Source: Patescibacteria group bacterium
Lineage (GTDB): Bacteria > Patescibacteriota > Microgenomatia > Levybacterales > UBA12049
Assembly (NCBI GenBank): GCA_035510555.1
Contig: DATKGX010000048.1
Span: forward strand, 12,148-76,147
Direction of reading: 5' to 3'
DNA length: 64,000 bases
In this document: one piece after another, positions 40,757 to 48,164 of the stretch
Position numbering within the stretch: the stretch's first letter is position 1
How the letters are laid out: each line of letters opens with the position of its first letter
Translations under genes and position numbers: made by a program
Notes under the pieces: generated by a model
The model's database searches: none
What the model saw: only the letters and a program-made list of their open reading frames with translations
What the model was told of the DNA's origin: nothing

Positions 40757-41701
40757 ATGTCTGCAGAAATACCGATAACTCCGCCGGATGAGCTTGAAGA
40801 TGTACCCTCAGATTATATTGTACAAAACCAGGCGTTTTGGGATAACGCACGAAGAGGAATATTCTCAAGACCTATGGAAATACCAGCTCTCTTAAGCACT
40901 GCCTTACATAATCGCATCGTAGAAACATTCGAACTAAATCAGGCCCAACAACCAACCGTAGTTTGGTCCGTTGTTTTCGATAACCCTAAATCGCCAAGCA
41001 GTAAATATGTCTACGAAAGACGCTTTCCCGAAGACGTGCCGAAGAAAGAAGAAACAAACTACGCAGTTGGCATCGATAGAATAAATGAATATGTTACAAG
41101 TTATGCAACCAGGGAGTTTATCAGAAGGAATACAGATGCTCCGGTATTACGAGCTGTTTCGAAAGGATATAGATTTGTTTCGGAACTGGCAACCTATGGA
41201 TTACTACTTAGTGGTACTTATAGGCGGATGATAGACATTGAAATATTAGCCAAAGCCGCGGGGAAAGATTTTAAAGGCGCTCTTTGGGAAGGACTTTTTA
41301 ACCATAATTTTGACCCCATCAACGGAATAATTGCCGACACCACGGATTTCACCGGACTATCCAATCTGAATGAATTGGCAATTCAAATCGGACGTACAAG
41401 GTTAAAGAGACTTGATATTGGCAAGCTGGTCGGCAAACTGGAAACCAATAGAACCGACGGAGCCTTAACGAAAGGTGCAAAAAATGCTTGTTTATCTATT
41501 GCGGCTGGAGGAGTGTTTAGAACGCCGGGAATCATAGAATTATCCGGCATAATGATAACCCTGGCCCCTTTAATACCTTTTATTGGCGTGCATGAATCTA
41601 TACATCATTATTCAGGGGGAAAAGATTATCTCGGATTTATCCCTGCGAATTTGATTCACAAAGAAGTAACGCCCCACATGGCAAAATTTGAAGGGGAATA
41701 A
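40757..41701 (+). CDS. Hypothetical protein (314 aa)
   Basis: Long ORF divergent from the glycosylation cluster and convergent with the MFS gene. No recognisable motif. Hydrophobic C-terminal segment. Confidence 0.55.
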   Translation: MSAEIPITPPDELEDVPSDYIVQNQAFWDNARRGIFSRPMEIPALLSTALHNRIVETFELNQAQQPTVVWSVVFDNPKSPSSKYVYERRFPEDVPKKEETNYAVGIDRINEYVTSYATREFIRRNTDAPVLRAVSKGYRFVSELATYGLLLSGTYRRMIDIEILAKAAGKDFKGALWEGLFNHNFDPINGIIADTTDFTGLSNLNELAIQIGRTRLKRLDIGKLVGKLETNRTDGALTKGAKNACLSIAAGGVFRTPGIIELSGIMITLAPLIPFIGVHESIHHYSGGKDYLGFIPANLIHKEVTPHMAKFEGE

Positions 41702-41703
41702 AA

Positions 41704-43227
41704 CTACATCATTCCCTCACCGGAAACTTCTGCCTTTCCGCCCATTTCTTTAGTCGTTTCCCTTAAGAGAAGCGCAGACAAAGCACCGACGAATGTAATT
41801 GCCGCCGAAGAAAGAAAAACAATATGAAATGACACTAAATTTGCTTTAATTATCATTAGATATGCAGCCTGTTTTAGAACATTCGGATCGAAACTGTTAA
41901 TCACGCTAAATTTCTGCACATTCATTATTCCTGCTGTAACACTGTTAGTTAAAATTGTTGCAAAAATGGCCACTCCGAAAGCTCCGGCAATGTTCCTAAC
42001 CAGCGCTAAAATTGAAGACGCCACTCCGACCTCATGCAAAGGGACAGTTGAAATAGAAGCGTTGGTAATCGGCGCAAACGTCAAACCGAGACCTAAAGCG
42101 AAAAGCGCCAAAAGAATGGCAAAATGCGTAAAGGTCCAAGTTAAATCGATGCCAGAAAACAGATATAGAATAAAGGCCGCCCACATTAGTCCGGTAAAAA
42201 CAACGTATTTGGGTGTAAACCTTGCGGACAAACGCGCGCCAGTTTGCGCACCAATCATCATTCCCGCTGCCATCGGTAAGAAAAGATAACCAGTTTTTGT
42301 AACATCGTAACCCATATAGCTTTGCACAAAAATAGGCAACAGGAAAAGTCCGCCGATCATACCCATAAAAGTGATAAATGATACCAATAGGGAAATGGCG
42401 AATTCCGGAATTTTGAAAAATTTTAAATCGACCACCGGCTCTTTTTGTCTTTGTTCAACCAAAATGAAGGCGACAAACGAAACAGCGGTAACAATATAGG
42501 AGACTACGCTGTTGAGACTGAACCACCCCCAGCTTTGCCCCTGATCCAAAACCAAAACCAATGTCCCCAAAGCCGAGCCTAACAAAAGCGAGCCCCAAAT
42601 ATCAAAATTCTTAATGCCTCTAATCTTTTTTACCGGTTCCTGAATATATTTCCAAGCCATAAAAGCGCCCAAGATGCCAATTGGAACGTTAATGTAAAAA
42701 ACGCTACGCCAGGAAAAATTATCGATTAACGGACCACCTAAAAGCGGCCCAAACACTGCCGCCACGCCAAAAACAGCCGACCAAAGTCCCATCGCCTGGG
42801 CGCGTTTTTGCCTGTCTTGAAAGGTAAAAGCAATAATGGAAAGCGCCAAAGGATAATCGATGGAAACGGTAATTGCCTGCAAAATCCGGAAAATAATCAT
42901 CTGCGGCAGGTTGGCGGAAAGTCCGGCAAAGATAGAGGAGACAACAAAACCGATAATGCCAAAAAGATACAACGGCTTCCGGCCGATTAAGTCACCCAGT
43001 TTGCCAAAAATCGGGACAAAAATTGCGTTAGCAATAATGTAAGCGGTCGAAATCCAACTCGCCTCAGAAACCGTAATGCCAAAATCGGAAATCATTTTAG
43101 GCAAAGCGAGATTGACAACCGTTCCATCAAGTCTTCCCAAAAAACTGGCAATCATGACTGTGAAGAGAATTATCCACTCGTGCGACTGAAATCCACGCCC
43201 TGTAGTTGCTTTTACTTTCTTTTCCAT
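41704..43227 (-). CDS. MFS transporter, DHA2/EmrB-QacA-like 14-TMS drug:H+ antiporter
   Basis: 507 aa with about 14 TMs. MFS signature regions (G-rich loop after TM2, LGRKPLYLFG). Confidence 0.8.
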   Translation of the reverse strand: MEKKVKATTGRGFQSHEWIILFTVMIASFLGRLDGTVVNLALPKMISDFGITVSEASWISTAYIIANAIFVPIFGKLGDLIGRKPLYLFGIIGFVVSSIFAGLSANLPQMIIFRILQAITVSIDYPLALSIIAFTFQDRQKRAQAMGLWSAVFGVAAVFGPLLGGPLIDNFSWRSVFYINVPIGILGAFMAWKYIQEPVKKIRGIKNFDIWGSLLLGSALGTLVLVLDQGQSWGWFSLNSVVSYIVTAVSFVAFILVEQRQKEPVVDLKFFKIPEFAISLLVSFITFMGMIGGLFLLPIFVQSYMGYDVTKTGYLFLPMAAGMMIGAQTGARLSARFTPKYVVFTGLMWAAFILYLFSGIDLTWTFTHFAILLALFALGLGLTFAPITNASISTVPLHEVGVASSILALVRNIAGAFGVAIFATILTNSVTAGIMNVQKFSVINSFDPNVLKQAAYLMIIKANLVSFHIVFLSSAAITFVGALSALLLRETTKEMGGKAEVSGEGMM

Positions 43228-43232
43228 AGGAC

Positions 43233-43871
43233 TTAAGGAGTGTTGGTATAGACTGTCATTTTGGCAGACATACCATTTTTAATCTGCGGATAGCTGTAAG
43301 CATTAAATCTGGCATAGACGATAAATTGTTGCGTCGGTCTCTCGCTGGAAACTGAGAACTGTAATTGTGTTTGTTTGGCCGTCGGACTAATTTCGTCAAC
43401 ATATCCCCAAAATGTTTGTCCAGGAAGCGCGTCGATTGTAAACGAAACCACTTGACCAACTTTTACTTTATCTAAACCTTTATTCTCATCGATGGTGCCG
43501 GCAATGCGCATATCGGCAAAATTAATCATTTGCACCACCGGAGTTTGTGAACTGGCAAGGCTGCCAATCGCATTATCGGTTGAAACGATTAAACCGTCTT
43601 GGTAAGCGTTTAGAGAGCTTGTTCCAACAATTGCTAGAGCGTCACCTTTTTTGACTTGCTCCCCTTCGTAAACTTTTATATCTGCTATTGTCCCTGGAGT
43701 TTGCGGAGAAATCGTGATGATTGGCGCCTGCACTAGAGAGTCTTCGATACTCACCCTGTCTTTTAATAATTGGTAACCAATATATCCACCGATTAAAAGA
43801 ACAGCGACTATTACCACCAACATGACTCTTAAAACTTGCGGATTTTTAATTTTGGCAATTAAGTTTTTCAT
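43233..43871 (-). CDS. HlyD/EmrA-like periplasmic adaptor (membrane fusion) protein, short
   Basis: 212 aa. N-terminal TM, then a biotinyl-lipoyl-like segment (KVYEGEQVKKGDALAIV) and a beta-barrel-like C-terminus. Confidence 0.65.
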   Translation of the reverse strand: MKNLIAKIKNPQVLRVMLVVIVAVLLIGGYIGYQLLKDRVSIEDSLVQAPIITISPQTPGTIADIKVYEGEQVKKGDALAIVGTSSLNAYQDGLIVSTDNAIGSLASSQTPVVQMINFADMRIAGTIDENKGLDKVKVGQVVSFTIDALPGQTFWGYVDEISPTAKQTQLQFSVSSERPTQQFIVYARFNAYSYPQIKNGMSAKMTVYTNTP

Positions 43872-44977
43872 ATAATTGAATACAATTTTGAAATAATTGA
43901 TTGCGGATTGGTAATTACTTTGTCTGTATCTAAAAGTCCGCTCATTACTTCCGTTTGTCCATTAACAGTATCTCCGGTTGTGACTTTTTTAAGCACTGGT
44001 TTCCCATTTCCCAACACCCAAACATGCGAGTCCGAAAGAACGGTCCATGACGGAACGAGAATTACTTTTTGATTGAAATTACTTTTAATCAGCACTGTTC
44101 CGCTTTGTCCTAATTTAACTGAAGTTGGAAGATTATTGATTTTAACATCAACTCTGTAAATTTGGTCACCGTTTGCCAAAATTGTCTTTTGTGGATAGAT
44201 TTTATCCACCACTCCCTGCAAAGTTTGACCACTTATTGCATCCAGAGAAACCGTCACCGGATTGCCAACACTGATAAAAGCGATTTCCTGTTGTCTGACG
44301 TTGGCGCTAAAAACCATTGAAGTCGGATCGGCGACTACGAAACTGGTGACCGGTGCAATATTAACTCCGGTCGTATTTACATCTTCATGCAAAATAATAC
44401 CGTTGATGGGGCTTGTTAGAGTTGCAAGCTGTAATGAATAATTGGCTAGGTCAACGCTAAGCTGAGCTGAATTTTGCGCTAAATTAGCGTTATCCACTAA
44501 TCTTTTAACTGCATCGTAAACAACTTGAGTTTCTGGAATGGCGGAATATCCTTGCTTATTAGTTGTATCCAAAGTTGTTCTTTGTTGGCCTTCCAAAACG
44601 CCGGCGTTTTGGTTTTCCTGTGTTTGACCAACGGTATTTTTTGTAGCTTGATAGGTATTGGCTACAATCTGTAATTGTTTTTGCAAAGCGTAAGTATCCA
44701 GTTGGGCAATCGTCTGACCCTGGGAAATTGCGTCTCCTTCTTTAAACGGAAGATATATTAATTTTCCGCCCATTTGGAAATTTAAAACAGCTTGGGTTTG
44801 TGCGGCAATGCTACCGGTTGCCAAAATTTTCTCTGAAACTGCATTTACACTCACTGTTTCAGTTTTGGGAGAGGAAGCGGCGTGAACAAGAAAGGTAACG
44901 GCAAAAATGCCGATGATTACCACAAAAATTGTAACTACGACATATCTTAAAGTTTGTTTGTTGAATAATTTTTTCAT
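43868..44977 (-). CDS. HlyD/EmrA-like periplasmic adaptor (membrane fusion) protein
   Basis: 369 aa. N-terminal TM, lipoyl-like hairpin (FKEGDAISQGQTIAQLD), a coiled-coil Q/N-rich segment and a C-terminal beta domain. Confidence 0.7.
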   Translation of the reverse strand: MKKLFNKQTLRYVVVTIFVVIIGIFAVTFLVHAASSPKTETVSVNAVSEKILATGSIAAQTQAVLNFQMGGKLIYLPFKEGDAISQGQTIAQLDTYALQKQLQIVANTYQATKNTVGQTQENQNAGVLEGQQRTTLDTTNKQGYSAIPETQVVYDAVKRLVDNANLAQNSAQLSVDLANYSLQLATLTSPINGIILHEDVNTTGVNIAPVTSFVVADPTSMVFSANVRQQEIAFISVGNPVTVSLDAISGQTLQGVVDKIYPQKTILANGDQIYRVDVKINNLPTSVKLGQSGTVLIKSNFNQKVILVPSWTVLSDSHVWVLGNGKPVLKKVTTGDTVNGQTEVMSGLLDTDKVITNPQSIISKLYSII

Positions 44978-45405
44978 AAGTTTGCTGATTTTTCTGCTAA
45001 AACTTCTAAAATTCTGAGTAAGTCTAATTTGTCTTGCTTCGAAAGATAGGACAAGAGTTTTTTCATTTTACTAGCTCTTTGCTTTTTGACTTGTGTCAGC
45101 AATTTTTCGCCTTGTTTGGTCAAATTAATTTTAACGATTCTTCTGTCTTTAATATCATTTTCTCTTCTTACTAACTTTGCCGTAATTAATTTATCAACTA
45201 GCGCAGTTGCGGTTGGCATGGTAGTGGCAAAATGACTGGCAATATCTCCCATATGCATTCCCGCTTTTTTTTTAATGTACTCAAGCGCTTGACACTGCAG
45301 TATGGTTGGATGAGAATGCTCAAAACTTCCAGACACACCACCTTTAAAATTTCTGCCTAAGTTAAATATTGCTTCTAGAATCTGGTCATTTATTTCGTCT
45401 GCCAT
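44974..45405 (-). CDS. MarR family transcriptional regulator
   Basis: 143 aa winged-helix protein. First gene of the marR-hlyD-hlyD-MFS operon (emrRAB-like arrangement). Confidence 0.75.
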   Translation of the reverse strand: MADEINDQILEAIFNLGRNFKGGVSGSFEHSHPTILQCQALEYIKKKAGMHMGDIASHFATTMPTATALVDKLITAKLVRRENDIKDRRIVKINLTKQGEKLLTQVKKQRASKMKKLLSYLSKQDKLDLLRILEVLAEKSANL

Positions 45406-45484
45406 ATTATTAAATGGACTAATTGTTAGATAGTATAACTAATTTTGGGAGAAATGTCAAATGTTAGTTTTTGGGTTGTTCTGA

Positions 45485-45493
45485 TGATATAAT
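45485..45493 (+). promoter_or_regulatory. Extended -10 promoter (TGaTATAAT) for tRNA-Glu
   Basis: tgatataat at 45485-45493, 8-9 nt upstream of the tRNA 5' end. Confidence 0.45.
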
Positions 45494-45501
45494 AATAGTA
45501 C

Positions 45502-45575
45502 GCCGCCATCGTCTAGTGGCCTAGGACGTCAGATTCTCATTCTGAAGATCGCGGGTTCAACTCCCGCTGGCGGTA
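45502..45575 (+). tRNA. tRNA-Glu (anticodon CUC), 74 nt, CCA not encoded
   Basis: Hand fold. Acceptor GCCGCCA/TGGCGGT (G1-U72), D-stem GTCT/GGAC, anticodon stem TCAGA/TCTGA with loop TTCTCAT (C34 T35 C36), 5-nt variable loop, T-arm GCGGG-TTCAACT-CCCGC and discriminator A. Confidence 0.8.
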
Positions 45576-47089
45576 CTCAGTGAGAGCCCCTTATTGTCAA
45601 ACATTCGAATAGATTGATATATCGGGCTAATCTCGGTGTTGTAGCACCCCGGATACCCCCAAACCAGCCCAGAGGGAAATATTGAACACAGTAGGACTCG
45701 AATCTGGCTTAAGTTTGACATCTGATAAGTCGTTCCTAAATTGGCAAACTTTTCTTTCATAAATTTTACGATTGATTCAAGATTATATTTTGCCAACAAT
45801 GCATCATCTTTTGAAATTTGAATTGCCCTAACTTGGTCTTCAATTAACTTATTTTGCTCTTTAAATATTTCATCAGAAAAGACACCGGTTAAATTTTTCT
45901 GAATAAGTGATTGTCGAAGTTCAAATAACCTTTTTAATTCCTTATCCGCTTCATCTCGTCGTTTCTGAAGTTGTCCTACTCGTTGATAATAAGTTCTTCT
46001 TAAAAGAGCTATAAAGGCGTCTAGTCCTTCTCTTGTTGGAGTTATGCTTGATAAATACTGTATTGTTTCAGTTTGTACTTTATCAACGGAAATGGAAGGT
46101 GATTGACAACCCTTTTGACATCTATAATAAGCGTATCGGGCAAGCTTACCCTTACTCCATCCACCTGTTACCGGTTTCTTGCAAACTCCACAGATTAAAA
46201 TTCTTCTTAATGGAAATTCTTTATTGTCCATATTTCTTCTTGCAATGGGTACGTTGATATTAGTATTTCTTCCATCAATTGCCGCCTGAACCCTATAGAA
46301 AACCGCTTCCGATACCATCGGCAAATGTTGGCCTTTAATTCTTTCGGGATATTTGTCAGAAGATAATAATCCAATGTAATAACAACTTCTAAACATTCTA
46401 CTTAATGTTTGCGGTCTAATAATGTGTTCTTTACCCTTGTATCGATGTACTACTCCCCAACTATTTAAAAGGTTTGCCATTTCTCGCAAGGTTTTTGTTC
46501 CTGTCGCCATAAGTTCCCATGCCTTTTTTACTTTTTCCCAAGCCTCCGGATCTTTTACCGTATATCCGTTTTCATTTTTATAACCAAGCGGGGCGACTCC
46601 ACTTTTGAGACCCGTCAGAAATCTTGCCCGTAATCCGTTTTTTGTTCGTTCGCTTCTTACGTCATTATCCATTTGGGCAAAACTGGCAAGCATTGTTTCC
46701 ACGAATTTCTCAGTAGGGCTATTGCCTGTTGGTTCGGAAGCAGAAATAAGAGATATTTCGCACTCGACAAGTTTTCTTCTTATCGCTAGATAATCCGAAG
46801 TCTGTCTTGAAAGTCTATCTAATCTATAAATAATGAGCGCGTCAATATTTCGCTTATTCTTTTTGCAAAAATCCAACATCTCAATTAGAACCGGCCTCCC
46901 AGATATGGTTTTTGCAGAACGTCCTTCTTCCCTAAAAATCTTAATTATCCCCATCCATCTTCTTTCGGCTTCTTGTTTACATAGCTTCTCCTGTGTCCCC
47001 AAAGAAAAATTATCAACTTGCTCCTCCGTAGAAACTCGCAAATACATTATTGCCTGTTTTTGTCCAAAATTGTTTGTTATTGATTCCAT
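45557..47089 (-). CDS. Large serine recombinase (resolvase/invertase catalytic domain + recombinase domain + zinc ribbon), the island integrase
   Basis: 510 aa. N-terminal YLRVSTEEQ (catalytic Ser), ...IYRLDRLSR and zinc ribbon CGVCKKPVTGGW...YYRCQKGC. The last 9 codons lie inside the att core and the tRNA 3' end. Confidence 0.85.
   Translation of the reverse strand: MESITNNFGQKQAIMYLRVSTEEQVDNFSLGTQEKLCKQEAERRWMGIIKIFREEGRSAKTISGRPVLIEMLDFCKKNKRNIDALIIYRLDRLSRQTSDYLAIRRKLVECEISLISASEPTGNSPTEKFVETMLASFAQMDNDVRSERTKNGLRARFLTGLKSGVAPLGYKNENGYTVKDPEAWEKVKKAWELMATGTKTLREMANLLNSWGVVHRYKGKEHIIRPQTLSRMFRSCYYIGLLSSDKYPERIKGQHLPMVSEAVFYRVQAAIDGRNTNINVPIARRNMDNKEFPLRRILICGVCKKPVTGGWSKGKLARYAYYRCQKGCQSPSISVDKVQTETIQYLSSITPTREGLDAFIALLRRTYYQRVGQLQKRRDEADKELKRLFELRQSLIQKNLTGVFSDEIFKEQNKLIEDQVRAIQISKDDALLAKYNLESIVKFMKEKFANLGTTYQMSNLSQIRVLLCSIFPSGLVWGYPGCYNTEISPIYQSIRMFDNKGLSLSTASGS
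45567..45585. repeat. attL core: 19-bp direct repeat CTGGCGGTACTCAGTGAGA (covers the last 9 nt of the tRNA plus 10 nt downstream)
   Basis: Identical 19-mer at 60065-60083. Confidence 0.75.
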
Positions 47090-47092
47090 AAT

Positions 47093-47422
47093 CTACCCTC
47101 CGTTTAAAATTTCTTTTAAAGTCATCCCTTTGAACGTTTCTCTTTCATATTCATCAAGCCAACCGTCAATTAAGAATTCAAATTCCGTGACCATAATCTC
47201 TACTTGCTCGCTTGATAAAGCCTTGCCAACCTCTCCAAGAATTCCTTTTACCTGTACTACTTTTATTTCTTCGCTATGTTTTGGAAATATGGAATTTAGA
47301 GCATTTTCTATTGAAGTTTGGGGGGTAAGTTGGTTAGGCACATTGGGGTTTATTGATGTGGAACCTACCCTAGAAACGGTTTCTATTGAAGGAAAAAGTG
47401 ATAAAGTTAAAGCTTCTTGCAT
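47093..47422 (-). CDS. Small hypothetical protein (109 aa) co-transcribed upstream of the integrase, a candidate recombination directionality factor
   Basis: Acidic protein with no TM. Its stop is 3 nt from the integrase start. Confidence 0.5.
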   Translation of the reverse strand: MQEALTLSLFPSIETVSRVGSTSINPNVPNQLTPQTSIENALNSIFPKHSEEIKVVQVKGILGEVGKALSSEQVEIMVTEFEFLIDGWLDEYERETFKGMTLKEILNGG

Positions 47423-47433
47423 GTTAGTAAAAC

Positions 47434-47449
47434 TATCTCATTTGAGATA
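47434..47449. promoter_or_regulatory. Perfect inverted repeat TATCTCA-TT-TGAGATA (candidate operator) 12 nt upstream of the start of the integrase operon
   Basis: The half-site ACTATCTCA also occurs at 47461-47479 (other strand, abutting a TTGACA) and in the XRE gene promoter at about 59650. Confidence 0.45.
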
Positions 47450-47670
47450 ATTGTATATCCCGAACGAGATAGTTGTCAAGGGGTTATAGTATTCTTTTAA
47501 GTCACTTTTAGGCATGAAAATGAGCAGTCTTTTAATTTCCTCTAAGCATTGTTTAAAAGGGCAGCTTTCAGTTCCTCTCAGTGCTTGGAGGAAATTAAAA
47601 ACTATTCTTGAATAGATAAATCTATGCGTAATTTGATTTACAAGTAGACATATTCTATAATTCAGGCCTT

Positions 47671-48081
47671 ATGGGAGTAGAAGGCGGCAGTCAAGGATAC
47701 GGAGAAGAAGATGGTGGTGGAGATAATAGTCCAACAGCAACACACTATTTCCTAGAAATTGTTCAGGAGGTAGTTGCTTCTCTGGATTCTGACACAAAAT
47801 GGGATCAAGGTGTACATGAAGGAAATGCGCTGATTGCTGCGTATGGCTTGGTCAGAACTGTTATGCCTAGCGAATTACCTCAATTCGGGAGCGCGCTTAC
47901 GGACTTATCAACAAAACATCCAGAATCTCTCCTAGTGGTAACCGGAGCATATAAATTAATCAGGGAGGCATATTCTGTTGAGCAAGGACTTAGTTCGCGA
48001 GAAGTCAGGAGATTGTTAGGCTTACCTACCAAAGGAAGAATCTTTCCTACTCAAGCTGATAAATCAAATTCAACGAGATAA
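47671..48081 (+). CDS. Hypothetical protein (136 aa), Gly/Asp-rich N-terminus
   Basis: ORF preceded by TTGATT-N17-TATAAT with 9 nt between the -10 and the ATG (leaderless-type). Confidence 0.55.
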   Translation: MGVEGGSQGYGEEDGGGDNSPTATHYFLEIVQEVVASLDSDTKWDQGVHEGNALIAAYGLVRTVMPSELPQFGSALTDLSTKHPESLLVVTGAYKLIREAYSVEQGLSSREVRRLLGLPTKGRIFPTQADKSNSTR

Positions 48082-48095
48082 GTTTTATAGACCCA

Positions 48096-48124
48096 TTGAC
48101 TTCACTTAGCCTCAGTGCTACACT
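48096..48124 (+). promoter_or_regulatory. Promoter TTGACT-N17-TACACT upstream of the ATPase gene
   Basis: The spacer contains the TAGCCTCA motif (48107-48114). A 40-nt leader with hairpin GCCCTTTACGAGAGGGC (48147-48163) sequesters an SD-like GAGAGGG. Confidence 0.35.
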
Positions 48125-48164
48125 CTAGGCCACTTAGTAAACTCCTGCCCTTTACGAGAGGGCT

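Noticed and set aside
46033-47450. Plus-strand ORFs antisense to the serine recombinase (46033-46257, 46605-46793, 46833-47450, the last 205 aa)
   Set aside because: They overlap the recombinase gene, which has unambiguous catalytic and zinc-ribbon motifs. Their Ser/Leu/Phe-rich composition is typical of the reverse strand of an AT-rich gene.
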